From assembly GCA_965203965.1 (NCBI GenBank), contig CBDBDR010000017.1:1248001-1312000 (forward strand): a stretch of 64,000 nt of DNA. The letters run 5' to 3'. This document shows, one piece after another, positions 9,720-20,260 of this stretch. The translations under genes and the position numbers were made by a program. Under the pieces are notes generated by a model. It saw nothing but the letters and a program-made list of their open reading frames with translations, did not search any database and was not told where the DNA came from. Source of the DNA: Thermodesulfobacteriota bacterium. GTDB lineage: Bacteria; Desulfobacterota_D; UBA1144; Nemesobacterales; JAJCZQ01. Positions within the stretch are counted from its first letter, which is position 1, and each line of letters opens with the position of its first letter.

Positions 9720-11210
9720 TTGGAAAACTTACCTCTTTTCATCAAAGTAGTTGTAACAGCGTTGTATATAAGTTCATCTTTCTTTTTGTGTATGTTCGGA
9801 CTTCACAGACTTTATCTTTCTTTCCTTCATAAAAAATACCGGCTGCAGGACATAAAACCGTTTGCCAGATTCAAGAGCTATCCTAAAGTTACAATACAAT
9901 TGCCTGTTTATAACGAGATGTATGTTGTTGAAAGGCTAATTTCAGCCGTTTGTGAAATTGATTACCCTAAGGATTTGCTTGAGATACAAGTTCTGGATGA
10001 TTCCACAGATGAAACAAGCAGAATTGCGAGTGACGCTGTGGTGAAGTATCAAAATTTGGGCTTTAATATTGAATTTATACACAGAGATAACCGACATGGT
10101 TACAAAGCGGGGGCTCTTGAAGAAGGTTTGAAAAGAGCTACAGGTGAATTTATTGCTATATTTGATGCAGATTTTATACCGCCTGCAGACTTTTTAAAAA
10201 GAACCATAGATTATTTTACTGACCCCGGAGTTGGAATAGTTCAAACAAGATGGGGACATTTGAACATGAACTACTCAATACTTACAAAAGCGCAGTCTAT
10301 TCTATTGAATGGGCATTTTTTGATTGAGCATCCCGTCAGATTCAATCATGAGGTATTTTTTAATTTTAATGGCACTGCTGGAATACTGAGAAAGAGTTGT
10401 ATTCAATCTTCAGGAGGTTGGCAACACGATACACTAACCGAGGATCTTGATCTCAGTTATAGGGCACAGTTAAACGGCTGGAGGTTCATTTACCTAAAAG
10501 ATGTGATTGCGGATGCTGAGCTTCCTGTTGATATGAACGCATTTAAGGCACAGCAACATAGATGGGCAAAAGGCGGTGTTCAGACCGCAAAAAAATTGCT
10601 ACCCGAAATACTTAGACGTAAAAATATTCCATTCAAAGCAAAAGCGGAATCCATTTTTCACTTGCTCGGTAACTTCTCGTATATTTTTTTGATTGCTATC
10701 ATAGTGCTCACGGTTCCCGTGGGCTATTTTTGGAAATCAGCGGGTTGGAACTGGGATATTGTATTATTTACCAACCTTTTCATGATCTCCGCAGGAACTG
10801 GAAGCGTTTTTTATTTTTACTATCTTTCCGTAAGGGAAGCTTACGGAAAAGACTGGAAAAAGTTCTTAAAATATATTCCGGTTGCTTTGTCGATTGGAGT
10901 CGGACTCGCCCTTAATAATTCAAAAGCTGTCTTTGAAGCATTAAGCGGCAGGCAGTCTGAATTCAGAAGAACCCCAAAATATGCCGTTGAGAGCAAGCGA
11001 GACGCGTGGGCAAACACAAGTTACGTCAGTTCAAAAGATGTAACAACTTTCTTTGAGTTTCTGATCGGCGGGTTGTTCCTTGTCCAGACGATTTATGCTG
11101 TTTATACAGGCTATGTTGTATGGGTGCCGTTTTTACTCATGGTTCAATTTGGTTTTACATACATTTCTCTCTCTTCGTTTATTCACAGTCGTATGAAGAA
11201 GGAGACTTAA
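9720..11210 (+). CDS. Membrane GT2 glycosyltransferase (cellulose-synthase-like)
   Basis: QLPVYNE, DDS, KAGAL, DADF, TEDLD, QQHRW (D,D,D,QxxRW); flanking TM helices. Confidence 0.9.
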   Translation: MENLPLFIKVVVTALYISSSFFLCMFGLHRLYLSFLHKKYRLQDIKPFARFKSYPKVTIQLPVYNEMYVVERLISAVCEIDYPKDLLEIQVLDDSTDETSRIASDAVVKYQNLGFNIEFIHRDNRHGYKAGALEEGLKRATGEFIAIFDADFIPPADFLKRTIDYFTDPGVGIVQTRWGHLNMNYSILTKAQSILLNGHFLIEHPVRFNHEVFFNFNGTAGILRKSCIQSSGGWQHDTLTEDLDLSYRAQLNGWRFIYLKDVIADAELPVDMNAFKAQQHRWAKGGVQTAKKLLPEILRRKNIPFKAKAESIFHLLGNFSYIFLIAIIVLTVPVGYFWKSAGWNWDIVLFTNLFMISAGTGSVFYFYYLSVREAYGKDWKKFLKYIPVALSIGVGLALNNSKAVFEALSGRQSEFRRTPKYAVESKRDAWANTSYVSSKDVTTFFEFLIGGLFLVQTIYAVYTGYVVWVPFLLMVQFGFTYISLSSFIHSRMKKET

Positions 11211-11318
11211 TAATTTATGATAGTCTTTTTTCCTTATAAGTGTGTCGTTGTTTTACAATGCGGTTTTTAATTTATTGACGAGTTGTGTTACCATTAATTT
11301 CATGATTTGTCTGATTTA

Positions 11319-11403
11319 GCCGAAGTGGCGGAACTGGCAGACGCGCAGGATTCAGGATCCTGTTCCCGCTTAGGGAGTGGGGGTTCGAATCCCCCCTTCG
11401 GCA
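11319..11403 (+). tRNA. tRNA-Leu(CAG), 3' CCA not encoded
   Basis: Acceptor GCCGAAG/CTTCGGC, anticodon arm CAGGA-TTCAGGA-TCCTG, long variable arm, GGTTCGAATCC T-loop; followed by ACAA. Confidence 0.97.
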
Positions 11404-11634
11404 CAAGATAGGATATCCGTGGTGTCCGTACTATCGTGTGGACGCTCTCCTGCGCTTTGCGAAGGTGGAGAATTGTATGGCGTAATAAATATATCCTCAA
11501 AACACAAGTTTCAGTAGAATGAGCCTAAATATATTCAAAAATCGGTTCTGCAGATCCACCCTTTCAGTTTAACATAGATAATTTTCAGGTTACTATAATT
11601 GTCTTATTCAGTTCAATACAGGAGAAAAAATATT

Positions 11635-12618
11635 ATGAAAGCGATAATTTATCACAAATTTGGTGACGTTGATGTGTTGAAGTATGAAGACACGGAATCG
11701 CCTAAAGTGAGCAATGATGAGGTGCTTGTAAAGGTTAAGGCATCGTCAATTAATTCCCTTGATTTGAGGCTAAGATCAGGGAAATCACCTCGTCCCGTTG
11801 ATCTTCCTCACGTTGGAGGAATTGATGTTTCAGGTGATGTTGAAAGTGTTGGAAACGGTGTATCAAACGTAAAGGTCGGAGACAGAGTTGTTGTTAATCC
11901 CACGGTAAAACTGGAGAAAGGGTTCAGCGTAGTTGGCGTGAATACCTGGGGTGGATTTGCCGAGTATGTTAAAGTCCCGGGGTCTAACGTTGTAAAAATT
12001 CCAGACCAATTATGCTACAACGACGCTTCAACTCTCCCGGTGTGTTATGTAACTGCGATATACGGCCTTGTAAACAGGGGGGGCCTGAAGTCTGGGGAAA
12101 CAGTTGTTGTTCACGCAGCGGGAAGTGGCACCGGAAGTGCCGCTGTGCAAATTGCAAAACTTCACGGTGCAAAAGTTATAGCCACCGCCGGGAGCGATGA
12201 GAAACTTGAAAAGGCAAAGCAACTTGGAGCAGATGAAGCAGTCAATTACAACAACTCCGATTTTGCAGAAGTGGTAAAGGGCGGGGTGGATATGATATTT
12301 GATCAAGTTGGTGGGAGTTTTTGGGATAATAACCTGAAAATACTTAAATCAAAGGGAAGACTCTTGCTTGTTGGTGTCGTTGGTGGTGGGATTGTTGAAA
12401 AAGTAAACCTTGGTCCCATGATAATGAGAGACATATCCGTGATTGGCGTTACGATGTTCAATGCTCCGCAAGCTACTTTGGAAGAAGCGGTTCAACTTGT
12501 GGCTGAAGGAAAGATAAAACCGGTGATTGATAAAACCCTTCCATTGTCCCAGGCACAAGAAGCACAAAAACTGTTGCAGGATCGTCAGCAATTTGGCAAG
12601 GTAATTTTGAATCCCTAA
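11635..12618 (+). CDS. MDR-family NADPH:quinone oxidoreductase-like dehydrogenase
   Basis: MKAIIY, GGFAEYV, VHAAGSGTG, FGKVIL; AGGAG upstream of ATG 11635. Confidence 0.9.
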   Translation: MKAIIYHKFGDVDVLKYEDTESPKVSNDEVLVKVKASSINSLDLRLRSGKSPRPVDLPHVGGIDVSGDVESVGNGVSNVKVGDRVVVNPTVKLEKGFSVVGVNTWGGFAEYVKVPGSNVVKIPDQLCYNDASTLPVCYVTAIYGLVNRGGLKSGETVVVHAAGSGTGSAAVQIAKLHGAKVIATAGSDEKLEKAKQLGADEAVNYNNSDFAEVVKGGVDMIFDQVGGSFWDNNLKILKSKGRLLLVGVVGGGIVEKVNLGPMIMRDISVIGVTMFNAPQATLEEAVQLVAEGKIKPVIDKTLPLSQAQEAQKLLQDRQQFGKVILNP

Positions 12619-12667
12619 ACTCGTCCTATATTGCATTTGAGGATTTAAAATTTATTCCAAATTCCTC

Positions 12668-12710
12668 TTGACAAAAAATTTATAATTATTAGCATGACTG
12701 ACCAGTCAGT
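12668..12710 (+). promoter_or_regulatory. Sigma70 promoter with TetR-type operator
   Basis: TTGACA 12668, TAGCAT 12690, palindrome ACTGAC-CA-GTCAGT 12697-12710. Confidence 0.7.
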
Positions 12711-12726
12711 TTAGGTTGAGTGAATA

Positions 12727-13341
12727 ATGACAAGATTAGCAACACGGGGAAATAAACCAAGAAGAAATATGTCTTCAACAAGGCTGAGCAAAAAGAACAA
12801 TATAATAAGAGTTGCTGCCAAGTTGTTTTCTGACAAAAGTTTTCATAATGTAACAATGGATGAGATAGCCGGGCAAGCTGAGGTGGCAAAAGGCACCCTC
12901 TACCTCTACTTTTCTTCAAAGGAAAAACTATACCTCGGAATCCTTGAGCATACTTTTGATTCAATTGAATCACTTTTGCAAAGAGAAGTTGCAAAGAGTG
13001 ATTCGGCTCCGGAAAAATTGAAAAGATTGCTTTCCATAATAATTAAGTTTTATAGGGATAATATTGATGCCTTAAAGATACTCAGTAGGGATGAAACTCA
13101 CCTTATCCGTGAGCATCACGAACTGACGGAAAAATGGAGATTGAGGAGGCTGAGTCTCTATGAAAAAATAATAAGAAAAGGAATTACAGAAGGTTCGTTC
13201 AAGACTAAAAACGCCGAGCTTGCCGCCCTTGTTTTGTATGGTTCTATTGGTGCAGCTATGGTTTTTTACGACTTGGAAAGAAAGCCGGAAGTGGTTGCTG
13301 AGGAACTTTATTCAGAAATTGCATCTGGGCTTTTTCGCTAG
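12727..13341 (+). CDS. TetR/AcrR family transcriptional regulator
   Basis: HTH TMDEIAGQAEVAKGTLYLYFSSKEKL. Confidence 0.95.
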   Translation: MTRLATRGNKPRRNMSSTRLSKKNNIIRVAAKLFSDKSFHNVTMDEIAGQAEVAKGTLYLYFSSKEKLYLGILEHTFDSIESLLQREVAKSDSAPEKLKRLLSIIIKFYRDNIDALKILSRDETHLIREHHELTEKWRLRRLSLYEKIIRKGITEGSFKTKNAELAALVLYGSIGAAMVFYDLERKPEVVAEELYSEIASGLFR

Positions 13342-13390
13342 AAAAAATAGTATATGAGTTTCAGATAATTTTAATATTCAGGAGGGTTAT

Positions 13391-14569
13391 TTGATGAAAG
13401 TTAATTATCCATTCAGTTCAAGGATTGAACACTTTGTTCCACCAAAACAGTGGGCGAGCATGAGAGTTGCGAGGGATGTGGAGAAGAAGACAGGAAAGAA
13501 AATAATACACTTTGAAAAAGGCGATTATCAGGGACCTGATTTTGAAACACCTGCTCACGTTCTTGAAGCTACAGAAAGAGCATTGAGAGACGGCTATGTT
13601 CGATATGATCCAGGGCCGGGTTTAGCAGAGTTGAGAGAAGCCATTGCAGATTTGATGGGAAAGAGGGGAAGACCAACTCAACCGGATGAGGTAATTGTTA
13701 CGGCTGGCGCCAAACATTCGCTGACAATGAACCTATTAACTTTCCTCGAAGATGGTGATGAGGTTATTTTCCCAAATCCAGGCTATCCACCTGATGAGGT
13801 TTGGGCAAAATATACCAATGCAGTAATCAAGCACACACCTTTGACAAAGCCGGACTGGCAGTTTGACGTAGAAAAACTTGATGCTCAAATCACCCCGAAA
13901 ACCAAGTTGGTTATTATCAACACTCCTCAAAGACCAAACGGTCACCTTGTAGAAAATCCACAGGAAATAGCGGACATGCTCAAGAAACACCCGCAGGTAA
14001 TGATAATTTCAGATGAGATTTTTTCTCAGGTTACGTTTAACAAGCCTCATAAGTCAATATCTGCAATAGAGGATATACGGGACAGGGTAATTGTAATAGA
14101 CACATTTTCAAAGACTTGGGCTATGACGGGATGGCGCATTGGTTGGACTGTTGCACCTAAGCCAGTTGTGGATAAACTCTCAATATTTCTCCAGGATTCC
14201 ATAACCAATGTAGCCGCGTTTATTCAAAAAGCTGCAACAGCGGCAATTACCGGTTCTCAGGATTGGGTTGATGAAAAATTGAAGTTGCTGGAAAACAAAA
14301 GGAACCGTATGGTAGAAGGCTTAAATAGTATTGAAGGTATAACTTGTGATTACCCCGACGGTGCCTTCTACGCGTTTGCAGATGTTACGGGAATGGGTTT
14401 AAGCTCACAGGCATTTACCGATAGGCTTATTGAGAAAGCAGGTGTTGCGGTAGTTGCAGGGACTGCTTTTGGAAGTCAGGGCGAAGGATACGCAAGAATA
14501 ACATACGCCTGTGCTGATGAAGATATTGATGAGGGTATAGAAAGGATAAAAAATACTGACATTAGTTAA
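13391..14569 (+). CDS. Class I/II PLP aminotransferase (AspC-like)
   Basis: GLAELREAIA, ISDEIF, DTFSKTWAMTGWRIG, GTAFG. Confidence 0.9.
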   Translation: MMKVNYPFSSRIEHFVPPKQWASMRVARDVEKKTGKKIIHFEKGDYQGPDFETPAHVLEATERALRDGYVRYDPGPGLAELREAIADLMGKRGRPTQPDEVIVTAGAKHSLTMNLLTFLEDGDEVIFPNPGYPPDEVWAKYTNAVIKHTPLTKPDWQFDVEKLDAQITPKTKLVIINTPQRPNGHLVENPQEIADMLKKHPQVMIISDEIFSQVTFNKPHKSISAIEDIRDRVIVIDTFSKTWAMTGWRIGWTVAPKPVVDKLSIFLQDSITNVAAFIQKAATAAITGSQDWVDEKLKLLENKRNRMVEGLNSIEGITCDYPDGAFYAFADVTGMGLSSQAFTDRLIEKAGVAVVAGTAFGSQGEGYARITYACADEDIDEGIERIKNTDIS

Positions 14570-15075
14570 TATCAGTAAGAAGAGGCATTTGGGTTTTGTT
14601 GTTTTTCGTTGACGTTTATACTTCAAAACCCATTTACTGAAATTCTATTACAACTTCTTTGCCTGATACTTAAAAATTACCATTCACGGTAAGGCGATTT
14701 TCAAATCTCTAATCATAGGGAATGGTTTTGTTTTGAAAGTAAATCGTACTCAAAAAGCAATACTATCCTTAAGGAAGTAGAGTTCATTTTAATTTAATGG
14801 AATTGTTTACCACCTAATATATCTAGCAGTGTATTGCTTTCTATTTCCGTTTGAAAATAAAGTTCAGAATCTGCTCCGTCTGGTGATTGGTGATAAAGAT
14901 ATTACGCATTTCATGGTTCCTCTACTACTAGAGCCAATGCTCCTTAGTAAATCCTATATGACATTTGTGAAAGAGCGGAATTTACAAAAGATCGTGATAC
15001 CATTATCAAGCCTCCAAAAAATGTTCATAGGGAAGTAAAGCCCGGCAGGGCAAGTGGAAAACATTAGAATTACAT

Positions 15076-15129
15076 TTAATTATACATTAACTATTTCTTA
15101 ATTTGATCTTAATATGTTGTTTTTAGACT
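15076..15129 (+). promoter_or_regulatory. Pho box array and -10 element of pstS
   Basis: TTAAY at 15076, 15087, 15098, 15109 (exact 11-bp period); TAGACT at 15124. Confidence 0.8.
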
Positions 15130-15164
15130 AAATATCCAAATTAATTAGGAGGTGGTTTTGTAGA

Positions 15165-16139
15165 ATGTATAAGTTGAGAGTTTGTCTCACTCTTTTAGTG
15201 TTTTCATTCTTGCTGAGTTTGGGTGAGAGTCTTGCTCAAACGGTCAAAGTCGATCCTTCATTACCAACTTACAAAAAGGTAAGTGGGATCTCCGGCAGTA
15301 TTAACAGCGTTGGGTCGGACACCATGAATAATTTGATGACACTTTGGTGTGAAGGGTTCAAAAAATACTATCCAAATGTAAGGTGTCAGATAGAAGGTAA
15401 GGGATCAAGCACTGCGCCGCCGGCTTTAATTGAGGGCACTTCCCAATTTGGACCGATGTCAAGGGCCATGAAGGGGAAAGAGGTTGATGCTTTCGAAAAA
15501 GCCAAGGGATACAAGCCAATGTCAATTCCAACGTCAATTGATATGCTGGCAGTTTACGTAAATAAGGATAACCCGATAAATTGTTTTTCAATTAAACAGG
15601 TAGATGCGATATTTTCCAAGACAAGAAATTGTGGAGGCAATGAAAATATAAAAGACTGGGGTGAGTTAGGATTGTTGGGAAAATGGGAATATAAGCCGAT
15701 GAGCATGTATGGTAGAAACTCAGCTTCTGGCACCTATGGTTATTTTAAGAAGAAAGCACTTTGCAAAGGTGACTATAAGGATACCGTCAAAGAGCAACCG
15801 GGTTCCGCGTCCGTTGTGCAGGGGATAAATGAGGATCTGGCAGGAATTGGCTATAGTGGTATAGGTTATAAAACTTCCGGGGTAAAAGCCATAAGGCTTG
15901 CCAAAAAAGCCGGGCATTGTGCCGCACCTAGTCTGAAAAATTTTGTTAGTGGTAAATACCCGCTCGGAAGATATCTGTATCTTTATGTCAACAAAAAGCC
16001 AAACAAAAGCCTTGATTCTTTAAGGAAGGAATTTCTGTTTTATGTTCTGAGCAAGGAAGGTCAAAAAATAGTTGTTAAAGATGGTTATTTACCACTTCCT
16101 GCAGACAAGGTGGCTGAATTGAGAGCCAAATTGAATTAA
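15165..16139 (+). CDS. pstS: Phosphate ABC transporter substrate-binding protein
   Basis: [25 protein letters not shown] motifs; signal peptide. Confidence 0.96.
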   Translation: MYKLRVCLTLLVFSFLLSLGESLAQTVKVDPSLPTYKKVSGISGSINSVGSDTMNNLMTLWCEGFKKYYPNVRCQIEGKGSSTAPPALIEGTSQFGPMSRAMKGKEVDAFEKAKGYKPMSIPTSIDMLAVYVNKDNPINCFSIKQVDAIFSKTRNCGGNENIKDWGELGLLGKWEYKPMSMYGRNSASGTYGYFKKKALCKGDYKDTVKEQPGSASVVQGINEDLAGIGYSGIGYKTSGVKAIRLAKKAGHCAAPSLKNFVSGKYPLGRYLYLYVNKKPNKSLDSLRKEFLFYVLSKEGQKIVVKDGYLPLPADKVAELRAKLN

Positions 16140-16207
16140 TTAGTCGCTGGCTTTTTCTTCAAAATTAGTAGTATTTGTAGAGGCAAAACATCAAGACATA
16201 AGGATTT

Positions 16208-16246
16208 AACGCCCCGGATATAGATAAGTTAATGTTCCGGGGTGTT
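16208..16246 (+). terminator. Intercistronic hairpin after pstS (partial terminator or mRNA stabiliser)
   Basis: AACGCCCCGGA / TCCGGGGTGTT inverted repeat followed by a T-rich tract. Confidence 0.6.
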
Positions 16247-16294
16247 TTCATGTTTGTTTTTTTGTTTTCATTTAAAACAGCTAGGGGTGGTAGG

Positions 16295-18571
16295 TTGAAC
16301 AAGATAGAAGAACAGTCCATAAAAAAAAAGACGGTGGACAAAAGAAGATTTTACGACAAGTTTGCCTCAGTGATTGTTACCTCGGGTGGCGTTGCAATAA
16401 TTCTTTCCATAATTGCCATGCTGTTCTTTATAGGAATTGAAATAGTTCCGCTTTGGCAAAAGCCAAACACATTCTTGTTGAGTGAATTTACAGTTGAAAA
16501 CCCCCAGTTAAGTGTGGATCGTGACGGTGAGATTCTGCTGATTGGAACCGAAGAATACCAAGAAGTTGCATTTTTGCTTGACAAAGAGGGTGTTGCAAAA
16601 TTTATAAGTTTGAAAGATGGTTCTGTTCTCGGTGAAAAAACTGTTCTAACCAGTAATTTTGGAGGAGTATCTTCTACCTATGTTTCAGAAACAAACAAGT
16701 ATTATGCCATTGCGACTGATAAAGGTTGGATAGTTCCTTTTCAGGTGAAATACAGTGTTACTTTTGATAAGGAAAATATAAGGAATATAGAGCCAAGTAT
16801 AATTAAATACGCTCCCATCAAAGTAGCTTCCAGCCCGATCAGAAACTTTGCTTTCCAAAAAGAGGATTTTGAAAGCGATAACAACTCCTATACAGCCGTT
16901 TTTTTAACGAGTGCAGATGAATTTAAGATTCACAGCTTTGAAATATCGGAAGACGATTTTTTCGAACGATCAGAATCTGTAACTAACACCATAGATTTGT
17001 CAGGGGAAATAGATACAGACCACATACTCACAATAGAGGTTGATTCTTTTATGAAAAACCTCTACGTGGGAACATCGGAAGGCAATATATTTCATTGGGA
17101 CATAAGAAATAAATCCTCTCCTAATCTAAGTCAAAAAATAGATGCCACCGGCAACTCCAAAGTAGGTGTTTCATCAATGGGGTTCTTAATTGGAAGCAGG
17201 TCTCTGGTTGTTGGCACCACAAGTGGTGGAGTGAGCATTTGGTTTCCAGTAAGAAACGATAAAGGCAAGGAAGCGCTGACAAAAGTTCACAGTTTGCCGA
17301 GCATGAAAGGGGCAGTATCGGCATTTTCCAAATCTATCAGGGACAGAGGATTTGTCGTAAGTGATAGCGATGGAAACGTGGGAGTTTACCATGCAACATC
17401 AAATACGCTTCAAGTCAGTTTTGAGGGTGAAGATAAACATTTTAGCTCAATAACTTTTGCACCAAAGGCAGACGGAGTGGTTGTTGTAGATAGTAGTCGT
17501 AAGGTGAAGCACTGGGTTATAGACAACCCACACCCGGAAACCAATTTTAAGACACTTTTCAGAAAAGTTTGGTATGAGAGTTATTCAGAACCGGAGTACG
17601 TGTGGCAGTCCACAGGTGGGACCGATGAATTTGAAACAAAATTCAGCCTTATACCTTTAATTTACGGAACTATGAAAGGTGCGTTCTATGCACTTTTGTT
17701 CACAATTCCGTTGGCTATTTTCAGTGCAATTTGCGTGTCACAGTTCATGCACCCGGATCATAGAAATATAATAAAGCCAATCATTGAGGTTATGGCAGCA
17801 CTTCCAAGTGTTGTTCTTGGTTTCTTTGCAGGATTGTGGATGGCTCCCAGAATTGAAAAAATATTTCCCGCTGTGATGGCAATGTTTATAATAATTCCGA
17901 TCTTTGCAATTATAGCTGTTTATATATGGGACAAACTGCTTGTTAGGTTTACTAGAGGTTTTAAGCTTGGCACCGAGATATTCTTTCTTATTCCCGTGAT
18001 AATTGTTGCAGTATTGATATCGCTTGGTATTAATTCAACGCTGGAAAACACATTTTTTGCTGGTGATTACAAATCGTGGTTTTACAGGATTTTTGGACTT
18101 CAGTATGATCAACGTAACTCACTTGTGGTTGGTTTTGCCATGGGTTTTGCGGTTATTCCAATTATTTTTACAATTTCGGAAGATGCTCTCTCAAGTGTGC
18201 CAAAGAATCTGACTTCTGGTTCTCTTGCTTTGGGTGCAAGCAGGTGGCAAACGGCTATCAAGATCGTATTGCCTTCCGCAAGTCCGGGAATATTTTCTGC
18301 CGTTATGATCGGACTTGGCAGAGCAGTTGGTGAAACAATGATAGTGCTTATGGCGACCGGCAATACTCCCGTGATGGATTGGAGTTTCTTTAACGGGTTC
18401 AGGGCACTTTCTGCAAATATTGCAGTGGAATTACCTGAAGCTCCACATGGAGGCACACTTTACAGGATACTTTTCCTTGCGGCTTTCCTCTTATTTATAT
18501 TCACATTTGCTTTGAACACTCTTGCGGAATTAGTAAGGCAGAGACTCAGGAAAAAATATGGACAGTTGTAA
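16295..18571 (+). CDS. pstC: Phosphate ABC permease, long form with large periplasmic beta-rich domain
   Basis: C-terminal ALPSVVLGF, SLALGASRWQT, GRAVGETM; likely TTG start at 16295 (ORF track starts 16232). Confidence 0.93.
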   Translation: MNKIEEQSIKKKTVDKRRFYDKFASVIVTSGGVAIILSIIAMLFFIGIEIVPLWQKPNTFLLSEFTVENPQLSVDRDGEILLIGTEEYQEVAFLLDKEGVAKFISLKDGSVLGEKTVLTSNFGGVSSTYVSETNKYYAIATDKGWIVPFQVKYSVTFDKENIRNIEPSIIKYAPIKVASSPIRNFAFQKEDFESDNNSYTAVFLTSADEFKIHSFEISEDDFFERSESVTNTIDLSGEIDTDHILTIEVDSFMKNLYVGTSEGNIFHWDIRNKSSPNLSQKIDATGNSKVGVSSMGFLIGSRSLVVGTTSGGVSIWFPVRNDKGKEALTKVHSLPSMKGAVSAFSKSIRDRGFVVSDSDGNVGVYHATSNTLQVSFEGEDKHFSSITFAPKADGVVVVDSSRKVKHWVIDNPHPETNFKTLFRKVWYESYSEPEYVWQSTGGTDEFETKFSLIPLIYGTMKGAFYALLFTIPLAIFSAICVSQFMHPDHRNIIKPIIEVMAALPSVVLGFFAGLWMAPRIEKIFPAVMAMFIIIPIFAIIAVYIWDKLLVRFTRGFKLGTEIFFLIPVIIVAVLISLGINSTLENTFFAGDYKSWFYRIFGLQYDQRNSLVVGFAMGFAVIPIIFTISEDALSSVPKNLTSGSLALGASRWQTAIKIVLPSASPGIFSAVMIGLGRAVGETMIVLMATGNTPVMDWSFFNGFRALSANIAVELPEAPHGGTLYRILFLAAFLLFIFTFALNTLAELVRQRLRKKYGQL

Positions 18572-18586
18572 CTTAGGTCATCGTGC

Positions 18587-20200
18587 ATGAAGGAATTATT
18601 TAAAAAGGGAGACGCTTTCATCTGGATGACAGGTGTATCGCTTATGTTCACTCTTCTTATGATAGTGGGGTTGGTTTTTTTGATAGCCGTAAAAGGGCTT
18701 GGATTTTTCTGGCCTCATGACGTAGTAGAGTTGAGACTGAAAGGCGATAAAGTATATCTCGGTCAGTTTGCAGGAGAGGAAGTTATTCCCCAGTTTGGTG
18801 ATGAGAAGGAGAAAGAATACAGAACTAGACTGAAAATTGGCAACAGAGATATTTACGGGTTGGATTTTGTCTGGGTAAAAAACAGCCGAACTGAGAGCAG
18901 GGTCTTTCCAAAAAATGCGATTGTTATAGAGAGACGTGAATGGGGTAATTTCTACGGTTTTCTCAAAGAGATTAACGTGCAAGGGAAGATCGTACAGGGT
19001 AATAGCAGGGAGGCTTTTTTCTTGTTGCAAGAATTGGTCTCAGATGCAAATAAAATTAACAGAAAAATCGGGAAAATTGAGAAGGGAGAGATCGGAGATA
19101 TTAACTACAATATTGAGAAGTTGAGATTGAAGATAAGGCGTATAGAGCTGTCTGATAAAAATACTTCTGCAATAGAAACCTTGAAGGATAGTATAAGATC
19201 AGAGGAAGCAAAATATAATGAAAAAGAAGATGCACTTAAGGAACTTTATGGTCAATTAACTTCGAATAGTATTGTTATGAGATCCGTTGATGGTATGGAG
19301 AAAACCTTTCATGCCGGGGTTATAGTAAGGGCTTTCAAGCCCAACTCTATGGGTTTATTTTCGAAAGTTGGACACTACACCTCTAAACTCTGGGAGTTTG
19401 TCTCGGATAATCCGAGGGAAGCTAACACGGAAGGAGGTGTTTTTCCGGCAATATTTGGAACTGTTTTAATGGTACTTATAATGAGCATTGTGGCAATGCC
19501 GCTTGGTGTGCTTGCGGCTTTGTATCTCAGGGAGTACGCAAAACAGGGGTTTCTTGTCCGTGTAGTTAGGATATGCGTAAACAACTTGGCAGGTGTTCCA
19601 TCAATTGTGTTTGGTGTTTTTGGCGTGGGGTTTTTCCTTTACGGTATAGGGGGCACGATAGACAGTTTGTTTTTTAGCGATTCGCTTCCCAGTCCGACTT
19701 ATGGAACGGGTGGAATTTTGTGGGCTTCATTAACACTTGCCTTGCTGACGGTTCCCGTTGTTATTGTTGCCACTGAGGAAGGACTTGCTGCTGTACCAAG
19801 AAATATTAAGGAGGGCTCACTAGCACTTGGTGCCACAAAGTTTGAAACAGTCTGGAAAGTAATTATTCCCAGTGCACTTCCTGCTATATTAACGGGTCTT
19901 ATTCTTGCTATTGCTAGAGCAACTGGCGAGGTTGCACCCCTTATGATAACCGGAGTTGTAAAGCTGGCACCTGATCTGCCCATAGATAGTTACTTTCCTT
20001 TCATTCACCTTGAGCGAAAATTTATGCACCTTGGATTTCATATATACGACGTGGGATTTCAGTCTCCCAACGTGGAGGCTGCAAAACCTATGGTTTACAC
20101 AACGGCATTTTTGTTGATACTGATAGTGATTCTTTTGAATTTGACGGCAATAATTATCAGAAATAAATTAAAGAAAAAGTATGTGTCATCAGCAGTATAA
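18587..20200 (+). CDS. pstA: Phosphate ABC permease, long form
   Basis: PREANTEGGVFPAIFGT, LAGVPSIVFG, ARATGEVAPL. Confidence 0.95.
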   Translation: MKELFKKGDAFIWMTGVSLMFTLLMIVGLVFLIAVKGLGFFWPHDVVELRLKGDKVYLGQFAGEEVIPQFGDEKEKEYRTRLKIGNRDIYGLDFVWVKNSRTESRVFPKNAIVIERREWGNFYGFLKEINVQGKIVQGNSREAFFLLQELVSDANKINRKIGKIEKGEIGDINYNIEKLRLKIRRIELSDKNTSAIETLKDSIRSEEAKYNEKEDALKELYGQLTSNSIVMRSVDGMEKTFHAGVIVRAFKPNSMGLFSKVGHYTSKLWEFVSDNPREANTEGGVFPAIFGTVLMVLIMSIVAMPLGVLAALYLREYAKQGFLVRVVRICVNNLAGVPSIVFGVFGVGFFLYGIGGTIDSLFFSDSLPSPTYGTGGILWASLTLALLTVPVVIVATEEGLAAVPRNIKEGSLALGATKFETVWKVIIPSALPAILTGLILAIARATGEVAPLMITGVVKLAPDLPIDSYFPFIHLERKFMHLGFHIYDVGFQSPNVEAAKPMVYTTAFLLILIVILLNLTAIIIRNKLKKKYVSSAV

Positions 20201-20260
20201 TTAAACACTAATCAGAAATATAAGAGGATATAAATTTGTCATCAGTGTTACACTAAACAG

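Noticed and set aside
14829..15038. 69-aa ORF upstream of pstS
   Set aside because: No RBS and no motif; may be decayed sequence but cannot be assigned.
16232..16294. Upstream ATG for pstC
   Set aside because: It lies inside the intercistronic hairpin; the TTG at 16295 has the better RBS.
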